DNA of 64,000 nt from Planctomycetota bacterium. GTDB taxonomy: Bacteria > Planctomycetota > UBA8108 > SXIK01. Shown one piece after another: positions 41,106 to 51,017 of the stretch. The stretch's first letter is position 1. The number at the start of each line of letters is the position of its first letter. The DNA lies in the NCBI GenBank assembly GCA_965223265.1, contig OZ244999.1:7552001-7616000 (forward strand), written 5' to 3'. The notes below the pieces were generated by a model. That model was not told the origin of the DNA. It ran no database searches and was given only the letters and a program-made list of their open reading frames with translations. The translations under genes and the position numbers were made by a program.

Positions 41106-41645
41106 ATGACAACCTATCCTCAAACGTGGACCTGCGCAGACTGCGACGAGACCATCGAGCGACAGATCGACGAGCTCGATGCGGCGTTTGATCAAACGCG
41201 CGAGTGGAACCCGAAGTGCCCGCAATGCGGCTGCGACCGCTTCAGTGCGATGACCTGTCAAACACCGAAGCTCAGTCGCACACAGCTCGAGAAGTGGCGC
41301 GGCGACGATCAGCTCACGTTTTGCGAACAGGACGAAGATATCATTCTCGCCGAGAAGGAGAATCTCGGCCTCCTCGTCGAGTTCGTCGATGACCACCAAA
41401 CACCGGACGCCAAACGCTGGACCCTTCTCTCTGCGCTTTGCGTTCTCCTTTACGACCATTCGCCCGCAAGCAGCGAAGACGAGGAATCCTCTGACGCCAA
41501 AGCCGATGCGGCCTTCGCGCGTCGCGTCCAAGACGTTCTCAGTGATCGCCGCGAGCTGGTGACGCAGCTCGAACGAGAGGCATTTCTCGACGATTACGTA
41601 AAAAGAATCGTGTTCCCGGCGATCGGCCTGCCAGTCTCCATGTAG
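41106..41645 (+). CDS. hypothetical protein with N-terminal zinc ribbon
   Basis: CADC...CPQC pairs followed by a helical region. Confidence 0.65.
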   Translation: MTTYPQTWTCADCDETIERQIDELDAAFDQTREWNPKCPQCGCDRFSAMTCQTPKLSRTQLEKWRGDDQLTFCEQDEDIILAEKENLGLLVEFVDDHQTPDAKRWTLLSALCVLLYDHSPASSEDEESSDAKADAAFARRVQDVLSDRRELVTQLEREAFLDDYVKRIVFPAIGLPVSM

Positions 41646-41674
41646 GAAAGCGAACCAAACCCAAGAACCTCCAT

Positions 41675-42790
41675 ATGGCCTCTAGCAGCTCGCCTATCGC
41701 AATCGCCATCATTGGTGCAGGTGGCGTCAGTGACTACCATCATGTGCCTGGAATCCGCCTCGACCCTCGCGCCGAGCTCGTCGCCGTTTGTGATGCCAAC
41801 ACAGAACTACTCGCACAGCGACGTGAGGAATGGGGTGTTGCACGCACCACCACCAAGGTCGATGAGCTTCTCGCCTGGGACGACGTCGACGCGGTGATCA
41901 TCGCGACGCCCAACAGCCTCCATCACCCGCAGGCGATCGCCGCCGCGAAGGCTGGTAAGCACATCATGTGCGAGAAACCTTTGGGCCTGAGCGCTGCCCA
42001 AGTCGAGGAGATGTACCGCGCGGCGCAGTCGCACAGCGTCGTGCATATGACGGCGTTCACCTACCGATTCGCGCCGTCGATGCGATACATGAAACATCTC
42101 CTGCGACGCGGCGACCTTGGCGAACCTCGCCACTTTCGCAGCCAACGTTTTCTCGACTTGCCGGAGACCAGCTGGGGTTGGCGACAGTACAAAGCCGAAG
42201 CGGGAGCGGGAGATCTCTTCGACATGACGATCCACCGCCTTGACTTCGCCGTCGATCTGCTCGGCCCGCTCGCTCGGGTCACGGGAGCGGTCGCAGGGTA
42301 CGCGAAGCGCGACCGCACGGCGGACGGTCGCCCTTGCCCGCCGTCGGAGGTCGACGATTGGTCGTCTCTCATCGGTGAGTTCGACTGTGGTGCCTTCGGC
42401 GTCTGGGAAGGAACCACACTCGCGAAAGGATACGAGCGCGGCGGCTTTGGCCACGAGTGGGCCGAGGTAAACGGTTCGGAAGGCTCCGCCGTCTACCGCC
42501 TGCACGAACCCAACGTGATTTTGCTCGGCAAGTCGGGTTCAGATTTGGCCCCGGTGACGGTTCCGGATGAGTTTCTTAAGCCGAAGTCGAGCCCGCGGGA
42601 CCCTTCGGCGGGAGAACCTGCGACCGTCTTCCGTTACGATCTCGTTTGGGAGTTCGTCTCGGCAATCGTCGAAGGGCGCGCGGCCGAACCGAGTTTCTAC
42701 GACGGGCTCGCGGCCCAGGTGGTGGCCGATCGTGTCTTAGAATCGTTCGAGAGACGAACGTGGCTCGACGTCGACCTACCACCAAGATAA
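41675..42790 (+). CDS. Gfo/Idh/MocA family oxidoreductase
   Basis: IIGAGG, IATPNSLH, HIMCEKP, GDLFDMTIH. Confidence 0.94.
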   Translation: MASSSSPIAIAIIGAGGVSDYHHVPGIRLDPRAELVAVCDANTELLAQRREEWGVARTTTKVDELLAWDDVDAVIIATPNSLHHPQAIAAAKAGKHIMCEKPLGLSAAQVEEMYRAAQSHSVVHMTAFTYRFAPSMRYMKHLLRRGDLGEPRHFRSQRFLDLPETSWGWRQYKAEAGAGDLFDMTIHRLDFAVDLLGPLARVTGAVAGYAKRDRTADGRPCPPSEVDDWSSLIGEFDCGAFGVWEGTTLAKGYERGGFGHEWAEVNGSEGSAVYRLHEPNVILLGKSGSDLAPVTVPDEFLKPKSSPRDPSAGEPATVFRYDLVWEFVSAIVEGRAAEPSFYDGLAAQVVADRVLESFERRTWLDVDLPPR

Positions 42791-42843
42791 GTCGCCGCTG
42801 GTTTGCCAACAAACAGCGCATCGATCAAGACGAGGATCCTCTC

Positions 42844-44079
42844 ATGCCTTCTACTTTGTCGCAGCTATGCGTCGCGGGTACCTTTCTCGTCGGCGCCTTG
42901 CTATACAACCTTGCCAGTGTCAGCGCGACTGACTGGGATCAATGGCACGGTCCGAACCGCGACCTCGTGTCGACGGAAAGCGGTTGGCGAACGAACTGGA
43001 AGGAAAAGCCGCCCGCTGTGGCCTGGCGCGCGCAGGTCGGGGTCGGCTTCAGCAGCTTGGCCGTCAGCGCGGGGCGCGTCTACACGCTCGGACACAAGCG
43101 TGGCAAGGAAACGATGTACTGTTTCGATGCTGCGAACGGTCGCGAGGTGTGGAAGCACAGCTACAAGTGCAAGTTGATCGACTATCTGCACGAGGGTGGG
43201 CCTGGAGCGACGCCAACCGTCGACGGCGACCACGTCTACAGCGTCAGCAACGAAGGTGAAATCTACTGCTTCGACAAAGCCAAGGGTGACGTCGTTTGGC
43301 GGACAGACCTGCGGCGAGCCGTCGGCGCGAAAGTCCCCGACTGGGGTTTCTCATCTTCGCCTCTGATCCTCGGGGATCGACTCATAGTCGATGCAGGCCC
43401 GCTCGTGGCGATCGACAAGACGTCAGGAGACGTGACCTGGCAGACGAAAGCGTACGTCTGCGGTTACGGCTCACCCGTGGCGCTCAAGGTCGGGAACACG
43501 GAGCACGTCGCAGTGCTGAACAACACGGCGCTGATTCTGGCACGCGCCAACGACGGACGCGTCATGGATGAGTACAAGTGGAAGACGAGCTACAACACGA
43601 GTGCTTCGTCGCCAAGAGTTGCGGAGAATACGCTGTTCATCTCTACAGGCTACGATCAAGGCTGCGCGCTCCTCAAAGTCACGCCCAAGGCGAAGCTGCG
43701 ACAGGTCTACCGCAATAAGCGCATGCGCAACCACATGAATAGCAGTGTCTACTACGAGGATCACTTCTATGGCTTTGACGGGAACTCTTCGAGCGACCGC
43801 ACTGTGACGCTCAAGTGCATGGATCGGCAAAGCGGCAAGGTGCGCTGGACGCAGCGCGGACTCGGCTGCGGCTCACTGATGATCGCGGCGGGTAAGCTCG
43901 TCATCTTGAGCAGCCAAGGTGAACTGGTGATCGCCAACGCGACACCGAAGAAATATGAAGAGATTGCGCGCACACGAGCGCTCAAGGGACGGTGCTGGAC
44001 GGTGCCGGTCCTCTCGAACGGCCGCATCTACTGCCGCAACACACCAGGCGAGGTCGTCTGCCTCGACGTCCGCGAGTAG
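42844..44079 (+). CDS. PQQ-like (BamB-type) beta-propeller protein
   Basis: DWDQWHGPNRD, repeated CFD...G..VW blades, CWTVPVLSNGRIYCR. Confidence 0.9.
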   Translation: MPSTLSQLCVAGTFLVGALLYNLASVSATDWDQWHGPNRDLVSTESGWRTNWKEKPPAVAWRAQVGVGFSSLAVSAGRVYTLGHKRGKETMYCFDAANGREVWKHSYKCKLIDYLHEGGPGATPTVDGDHVYSVSNEGEIYCFDKAKGDVVWRTDLRRAVGAKVPDWGFSSSPLILGDRLIVDAGPLVAIDKTSGDVTWQTKAYVCGYGSPVALKVGNTEHVAVLNNTALILARANDGRVMDEYKWKTSYNTSASSPRVAENTLFISTGYDQGCALLKVTPKAKLRQVYRNKRMRNHMNSSVYYEDHFYGFDGNSSSDRTVTLKCMDRQSGKVRWTQRGLGCGSLMIAAGKLVILSSQGELVIANATPKKYEEIARTRALKGRCWTVPVLSNGRIYCRNTPGEVVCLDVRE

Positions 44080-44175
44080 TTGGCTGCCAACGGAATGAGC
44101 AGTACCAGAGCTCTCCGCATGCATCTCTGCCTCTGGCTCCGTGGGCGCGCAAGTGTGCATGCTCCGCCCAAGCCT

Positions 44176-44277
44176 CCGTCTCTGTCTCCGTCTCTGTCTC
44201 CGTCTCTGTCTCCGTCTCTGTCTCCGTCTCTGTCTCCGTCTCTGTCTCCGTCTCTGGCTCTGGCTCCGCCTCTGTCT
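44176..44277 (+). repeat. 12-bp tandem repeat (CCGTCTCTGTCT), six perfect plus about two degenerate units
   Basis: Read directly; intergenic. Confidence 0.95.
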
Positions 44278-44322
44278 GCGCCACTCAAGTTTCAACCTGT
44301 CGTCTTCAGACGTTGAGAGGTC

Positions 44323-45732
44323 GTGAAAGCAGCGTTCGTCACGGTCATCGCCCTCTATCTGCTGGCGCTCTTTGCGTTGACGTTTTTCATTCGTCGCCGC
44401 ATCGAGGGCGCAGAAGATTACATCGTCGCCGGTCGCAAGCTTCCCTTCTCGCTCTCGACTGCGACGCTCTTGGCGACGTGGTTCGGCGCTGGAACGCTCC
44501 TGGTCGCCGCCGACGAGGTCAACCGCGAGGGACTCCGCGTTGCCAGCCTCGAGCCAGTCGGGCCAGGCCTTTGCCTGGTGATCGCCGGTCTCTTCTACGC
44601 CGGCCCGTTGTGGAGTGCGAAGCTGCTGACGGTGAGCGATCTCGTGCGCCGGCGGTTCGGTCGTGTCGCCGAAATCATCTCGGTCGGTTACGAAATCAGT
44701 TTCTTCGCGTGGATCGCCGCGCAACTCGTGGCCGTAGCGGGAATCCTGGAGCTCTTCATCGGCCTGCCGCAGAGCGCCGGGATCTGCATCGTCGCGCTGG
44801 TGTCGATGCTCTACACGCTCGCCGGAGGCATGTGGTCGGTGACGCTCACCGACGCCCTGCAGATGCTGCTGATCGGTATCGGTTTGATCACGCTGGGCGC
44901 CGTCGTCTGGATCGAGCTTGGCAGCGGCGACACCCTCACGGCGATCGAGCGGCTGCGTGCTGAGACTCCGCCGAAGTTGTTCGTGTTCATGCCGCGAGAC
45001 GACTTGCGCGAGTTCTTTCAGTGGTGCAGTCTGCTTGTCGCCGGCACGATCGGGATCATTCCAGGCCAAGATCTCATGCAGCGAGTCTTCGCGGCGCGCA
45101 GCCGGCGTGTGGCCATCGGCGCTTGCCTCACGGGCGGTGTGCTCTATCTGTTGCTCGGCAGCTTGCCGGTGTTCCTGGGACTCGCAGCACGGACTCTGCT
45201 ACCGGCGGCGCACGAGCAAGTGATTCCAGCGCTGGCGCAGGCGTTCCTCTCGACGCCGATGGCGATTCTCTTCATCCTGATGGTCGTCTCAGCGGTGATG
45301 TCTTCGCTCGACAGCGCCCTGCTCGCACCGTCGAGCATCGTCGCCCAAAACCTCTTACGGCCGTGGCTGAGTGAACGCTGGTCGACGCTGCTCTTGACGC
45401 GACTGTGCGTGGTGTTCGTCGCCGCGATCAGTGTCCTCATGGCGCTAGCGGGCGACGACAAGTTCGCGCTCCTGGAGGCATCCTATTCGTTCAACCTGCC
45501 GCTCCTCGTTGTCCTCACGGCCTGCATCTACCAGAAGCGCACGGTGAGCGCGCCGGCGATCGCAACGCTAACGTTTGGTCTCGTCGCCTGGGCGTTTGAG
45601 CTCGTCTGGTCTATGTCGGCTGAGCGCGACATCGAAGAGATCGTGCGCGTCCCGTTTCCGCTGCTGGTTCTGGGCGGGAGCATCGTGCTCTACTGGGCGG
45701 CGCATGTGTGGTGCCGGGATCGTCACGGCTGA
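44323..45732 (+). CDS. sodium:solute symporter (choline/amino-acid transporter-like)
   Basis: DYIVAGRKL, ATWFGAG, YTLAGGMWSVTLTDALQ, IPGQDLMQRVFAA. Confidence 0.92.
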   Translation: MKAAFVTVIALYLLALFALTFFIRRRIEGAEDYIVAGRKLPFSLSTATLLATWFGAGTLLVAADEVNREGLRVASLEPVGPGLCLVIAGLFYAGPLWSAKLLTVSDLVRRRFGRVAEIISVGYEISFFAWIAAQLVAVAGILELFIGLPQSAGICIVALVSMLYTLAGGMWSVTLTDALQMLLIGIGLITLGAVVWIELGSGDTLTAIERLRAETPPKLFVFMPRDDLREFFQWCSLLVAGTIGIIPGQDLMQRVFAARSRRVAIGACLTGGVLYLLLGSLPVFLGLAARTLLPAAHEQVIPALAQAFLSTPMAILFILMVVSAVMSSLDSALLAPSSIVAQNLLRPWLSERWSTLLLTRLCVVFVAAISVLMALAGDDKFALLEASYSFNLPLLVVLTACIYQKRTVSAPAIATLTFGLVAWAFELVWSMSAERDIEEIVRVPFPLLVLGGSIVLYWAAHVWCRDRHG

Positions 45733-45840
45733 CTTCGACGAGCGTCTGTCGCTTTTCGGTAACAGAGGCGGGCGGGGTGGCGTCGGGCCTTGGTTTCGAT
45801 GCGTTGCCGTTCCCGCCGTCTCCATTCGTCGTTTTCGTTG

Positions 45841-45869
45841 TTGACCGGAACACGGAGCGGCAATAGGAT
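45841..45869 (+). promoter_or_regulatory. sigma70-type promoter candidate for the dockerin cluster
   Basis: TTGACC-17 bp-TAGGAT, about 125 bp upstream of the GGAGG/ATG at 45993. Confidence 0.55.
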
Positions 45870-45992
45870 CAATTCTAGGGGTTAGGATTCGAGCGCAGAC
45901 GGGGAAGAACGGAGCGACGACTCGCGACGTTACGGGAGTTTCTGTCTCCCAATCGTCAATAGGTCGCGCCTCGAAAGCTTGTGGAGGTTCGT

Positions 45993-47853
45993 ATGAAGAG
46001 GGCATCGGTTGGGTCGCGTCCTAGTCGGATGTGTCGTGGTATTTTGTTGTGTTTCAATCTCGTCGGCCTGTCGGCGATGTCGGCCGACTCCGAGCCTCTC
46101 CCCGGACCGGCGCTTGAGGTTCCCGTCGACGTCGATGGTGATGGGGCCTCGAGCTACGGGGACCTTTATTTCTTCAACTACTGGCTGGAATCCGGGGGCG
46201 ACCTGGGGGAAAGCACTGTCTGCGGGCAAGGCTGGAAACGGCGGGATCATTGACCTTTCGGCGTTTTTCTCGTCCTCAGCCGCTGCGTTGGCGCCGACAG
46301 GCAGCGAGCCACCGCCGGCAACCGCTGCAGCCGAAGGTGCCGCCGCCGCGGCGGGGAGCTGCATGGTGCCCGCGCTGGTCACCCCTCCGGACAACGTGCC
46401 CGGCGCGCCTGTTGCGACACCGATCGCGCCTGGGTGTCTGTTTGAGACCGGCAGGAGTGAGTTCGATTTTCCCAGTGAATTCGACATGGACGAGTTTCGA
46501 CGACTCTATTGCGCCCGGGCCACGCCGAACGTGGCTATATCCGGCGCTGCACGATTGAATCTTTCCAAGTCTCCCAACGACGGCAAGATTCCGCTCGTAG
46601 GTTCAGAACTTAGTCCTCCGAATCTTGTCAACCAGCCGGGTTTCGTCGCGGCAGGTATCGCGGTCCGAAAGTCACCGGCAAACACCAATTGTGACCCTCT
46701 GTTGCAAGGTCTCTCCTCCGTTCATGTCGTGACCACGTGGCCCGGGTCCCTATGCGAGTTGATTTGCAGAACGGCCTGGACAACGACAAGCGTTGGCTCC
46801 TTTTGTGAATTCTGCCCCGAGCTCAAGGGTGGCCCCAGCTGCAATTTCACGCCGACGATACCAGCCGGCGAACTCATCGAGCAGCCTTATGCGATCGACG
46901 TCTTCCGCCTAGGCATGCCGAACTTCGGCGGTGTCGCAGTGGACGATGTCGTTTTCTCGGATGCCTCGACGGTGGGTGCACGGATACGCTGCGGGAACAC
47001 GGACACGAATTGCGCTGCAAAGGATCCACCGCCCACAACCGGATTGGTGACCACTCTGGTGGACCTCGACGGCGCCGGAGTGGAAAAGGTATTAAGCCTC
47101 GCGCTCGGTGACTTCAGAGGCGCAGGCGCCTTTGCGGCTTACTACGTCGCCGTGCTGTTTTCCGGTTCACATCAAATTCGAAGGTTGCGCTGGGACGGTG
47201 CGAACTACGTCGATGAGGTCTTTGTTGACACGCTGCCTCCGAACAACACCGCGCACTCTCTGGAGTTCGACGAGTTCACGACTTTCTCAGGAGCCGAAGC
47301 CGGGTCAGGAGACCTCTTCGTCAGCGAGGAGGGCAGTCTCGCACGCATCTGGCGGATCAACGAAAACGGTCAGGTTTCTGACTTCGGCAGCGGGTTCAGA
47401 GACCCTAACGGCATGGCGTTCCACCCGGCGGGTGTCATGCTCGTCTCGGACGACCCCAACCCGACGGGTACGGGAGACGCCAATGTCCTCGTCCTCGACG
47501 GCTGGCGCAGCATGTTCAATCGTGGCGACGGCAACGCCGACGGCACCATCGACATCTCCGACGTCATCTTCATCATGAATTGGGCAACTGGGTCAGAACC
47601 CATCGTGGAGCCGTCATGCCTGGACGCGGCTGACGCCAACCACGACAGCACCATTGACATCAGCGATGGCATCTACGTTTCCAACTTCCTCTTTATCGAC
47701 GGCCCACCGCCCGATCCACCGTTTCGTGGGATTGATCCCGGCGACTGGTGTCCGGGGGCGGAGATCAACAGCGAAGGCGCCGACGCCACGGTTGATCCAA
47801 CTGTCGACCTCTTGGGCTGTATTAGCTACCGAAACTGCACGGTCAATTTCTAA
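45993..47853 (+). CDS. secreted Cys-rich protein with propeller-like region and dockerin-like modules; apparent +1 frameshift at G5 (46205-46209)
   Basis: One frame gives a signal peptide and DVDGDGASSYGD. The other frame gives an Ala/Pro linker, a Cys-rich region, FGSGFRDPNGMAFHPAG and the C-terminal FNRGDGNADGTIDISD...DANHDSTIDISD. Confidence 0.72.
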
Positions 47854-47898
47854 AGCTGCATCTATATCCACAATCTGTCGTCCGCACGTGAGGGTGTC

Positions 47899-49387
47899 AT
47901 GAGAGTCTCGTTTCTGACCGCAGGCGCGTCGCTTCTATGCATGGCGGTCACTCCCCAGACGCTGGCGCAGTGCCCCCCGGAAGATATCTCCGACATCAAC
48001 CCGTCCGCGACTGCCGTCGTTCACACCAACGGGTACGCGTTTTCGATCGGCTCAGCCTCCGGAGCTGTCGGCGACGTCGTCGCGCTGTCCGTCGCGGTGC
48101 GCTCGGAGTTCCCTCACGAGGGCCGACCAATGGCTCTCGAACTTGCGGTTTGCCACGACCCGGAGGTCGCTGAGCTCGTCGGCGCTCCACTCTACACCGA
48201 CGAGTTCACCTCCCTGCTCGGGATCGTCGGCTTGGGTTTCCAGCCAGTCGACGAGGACACCATTGCCAATCAGCACGGTCATGGTTTCTGGTTTTGGGCA
48301 AGTTTGGACCAGGAGGCGTTCAACGCGCGTTTTCCCTCCCCGACGCCGCTGGTGATGATGACTCTTTACTACCGGCTGAAGGGAAGCCCGGGCGACACTG
48401 GCTTCCTGGCGTTTTGCGATGGCGACCTCGAATTCGGAGCCAACTGCCGCTACAACAGGTTGGCGACGGGCAATGAGACTCAATTGCGCGAGCCCGCCGG
48501 CTGGATTTACCTTTCGACTGCCAACGCCGATGGGATGCTCAACGTCGTCGATGGCCCCGCCACCCACCCGGATCGCCCTGCGGCGCCACCACATGCTACG
48601 GTCTATCCCGATCGTCCCACGGACGCGGAGACGAACTTCCGGATCCGCCTCTCCGGCGCCGTCGGTTGGCCCGGAGCCAGCGCCGTACCCGTCGACGTTT
48701 ATTCCCGCGCCGATGTCGAGTACGTCGGCCTACTGATCCCCCTCGACTTCGACGAGCGCTGCCTTCGAGTTCGTCGTGTCGAGGTCCACGCCGTCACCGG
48801 CGTCGACCTTGTCAACAACGAAGACGAGCTCCCCGGCGCAAGCGTCGAGGAAGGCAACGTCGTGATCTTCACCGGCCTCGGCATCGACAATCGGCGCCTT
48901 GCCGCTGAGGGCGAGGAGCTTCTCGTCGCGACCCTCTACGTCGATGTCCTCGAGGCAGCTAGTGCCGTTACCGAGACCACGATCACCGTTCAGCCAGTGT
49001 CGATACACTCCCCTTGGATCGGGGTGCGCCATCAAGGCGAGGTGAGCACGGGAGATCCCGCTGTGACGAGCGAAATCGAGCCGATCTCTTTGCTTCACAG
49101 CATCCTCGCCGTCCGTGCCGACGCCACGACGTTTCTACGCGGCGACGCCAACGATGACGGCAGCGTCGACATCAGCGACGCCCTGCGTACGCTGGGTTTT
49201 TCTCTTCGTCGACAGCGCCGCGCCTCCTTGCCCCGATGCCGCCGACGCCAATGACGACGGCCAGGTGGACATCAGCGATCCGATCCTCACACTGATGTTC
49301 CTCTTTGTCGGCGTCGGCGAACTGGCCGCGCCCTTCGAGTCAGCTGGAGAAGACCCGACTCTCGACAGCTTGGGGTGTCGGGAGTGA
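47899..49387 (+). CDS. secreted protein with two cohesin-like domains and a C-terminal dockerin-like domain; apparent +1 frameshift at T5 (49197-49201)
   Basis: FSIGSASGAVGDVVALSVAV and IRLSGAVGWPGASAVPVDVY..VGLLIPLDFD look like cohesin-type first strands. FLRGDANDDGSVDISD continues in the other frame as LFVDSAAPPCPDAADANDDGQVDISDP. Confidence 0.7.
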
Positions 49388-49581
49388 CTACGGCGCGCGA
49401 TTCGCGTTCCGGACGGGAAAGGTCGACTCTACCGAAGGTTTTTTTTCGCAAAGGCTGAACAAGACGTGACGAGCTGCCGGCGCCGGATCCTGTTTGTCCG
49501 GCTCAATCGACCCCTCTACCGAGCCGTGTTACGATGGACGTGTCGTCCATGAACGTTCACCGATTCCAGAAGGAGTCAGCC

Positions 49582-50763
49582 ATGAAGAAGCTGATCGCGA
49601 TCGGGATTCTCGTCGGCGCGGTGACCTCGCAAGCCCGCGGCGGTGCGGGCGACGAGGTCTCGCGCTTCATTCGCGGCGACGCCAACTGCGATCTGCTGCG
49701 CGACATCAGCGACCCCATCTATGCCCTCAACTTTCTGTTTCGCAGCGGACCATCCCCCTGCTGCTTAGCGGTGCTCGACACCAACGCCGACGGCGGCGGC
49801 GACATCAGCGACGCCATCACCGACCTCAACTTTCTCTTTGTAGGGATCGGGTCGATCCCGCAGCCATTTCCCGACTGCGGCAGCGTTCAAGGCGCTGATT
49901 GTCCGCTACATCCCTGCAACGCCGCACCGCCGGTCGCCATCGACTGGGTAACGATCGGCGATCCCGGAAACTCCCCAGACGACACCGGGTACGGCGCCGT
50001 CGCCGAGACCTACCGCATCGCCAAGTTCGAGGTCACCAACGCGCAGTGGGCAGCCTTTCTCAACACGGTCGACCCCGAAGGAACCAACGAGCTCAAACTC
50101 TTTGTCAACAAGATGGATACCGATCCCATCGGTGGCATCGAGCAGACTCCCCCAAGCGCTAGTGGCGCGAAGTATGTCGTCAAGGAGGGCCGTGGCGACA
50201 GACCAGTCGTTTACGTCTCGTGGATGAGTGTCGTTCGCTTCTGCAACTGGCTCCACAACGGACAGGGTGGGCCGGGTTCCACCGAGAATGGGGCCTACGA
50301 GAGGATCGGCGGCGGAACCATCACCGGCGTCGGTGCGATCATGATCGAACGTACCTCCACGGCGAACTTCTTCTTGCCAACGAAGAATGAATGGTACAAA
50401 GCGGCGTACTTTCAGCCGGACAATGGCTCCTATTCCGATTACGGCACGCAGTCAAACACCGAGCCGACCGCTCAGGCACCGCCAGGAGATGCGAATTCGG
50501 CGAATCTTGAACTAGTTGTCAACGACGTGACCGACGTCGGAGCCTACAGCAATGCGCTGAGCGCCTACGGAACGTTCGATCAGTGCGGTAACGTCTGGGA
50601 ATGGAGGGAGGGTACGCCGGAGATTCTTCGTCGGCCGGTCCAAATTGGCGGCTGGCCCGACAGCGCGGAAACCTGCGCCTCCACCGAGGACCGATTCATC
50701 GTGTTCGATGCGGACGACGCCGGCTTCAACTTTCTCGGCTTCCGTCCCGCCGCACGCCCTTGA
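49582..50763 (+). CDS. dockerin-like + FGE-sulfatase (SUMF1-fold) domain protein
   Basis: AGGAG RBS, signal peptide, FIRGDANCDLLRDISD; IAKFEVTNAQW, LPTKNEWYKAAY, YGTFDQCGNVWEW, GFRP. Confidence 0.85.
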   Translation: MKKLIAIGILVGAVTSQARGGAGDEVSRFIRGDANCDLLRDISDPIYALNFLFRSGPSPCCLAVLDTNADGGGDISDAITDLNFLFVGIGSIPQPFPDCGSVQGADCPLHPCNAAPPVAIDWVTIGDPGNSPDDTGYGAVAETYRIAKFEVTNAQWAAFLNTVDPEGTNELKLFVNKMDTDPIGGIEQTPPSASGAKYVVKEGRGDRPVVYVSWMSVVRFCNWLHNGQGGPGSTENGAYERIGGGTITGVGAIMIERTSTANFFLPTKNEWYKAAYFQPDNGSYSDYGTQSNTEPTAQAPPGDANSANLELVVNDVTDVGAYSNALSAYGTFDQCGNVWEWREGTPEILRRPVQIGGWPDSAETCASTEDRFIVFDADDAGFNFLGFRPAARP

Positions 50764-51017
50764 GCTTCTGGCGCTTCTGCAGCAGAGCTCCTGAGCAAAA
50801 CCTCAGGTTTGGCTTCCATTCGTCTCTGCACGTGGTGTAGACAGGGCTGAGCATCTGTAGCGGAAGATCTCCGCAAAACTGATCCGCCCCGACGCGACGA
50901 GATGGGAACCGCGGAGCGAGGCAGACGATTTCACGATCGCTCCATTATTTTTTGCGCCGCGGTCTTTCCGGTTGTAGAGTGACCGAGTCACCGCGACCCG
51001 CCAACGCTTCGGACACC

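Noticed and set aside
43873-45069. ORFs with (RRQR)n, (SV)n or (ET)n runs
   Set aside because: Translations of the 12-bp microsatellite that overlap real genes
45870-45990. Riboswitch in the leader of the dockerin cluster
   Set aside because: No recognisable aptamer consensus by eye; an Rfam/Infernal scan would be needed
49582-50763. Diversity-generating retroelement target (FGE/CLec fold)
   Set aside because: No reverse transcriptase and no template/variable repeat pair in the window
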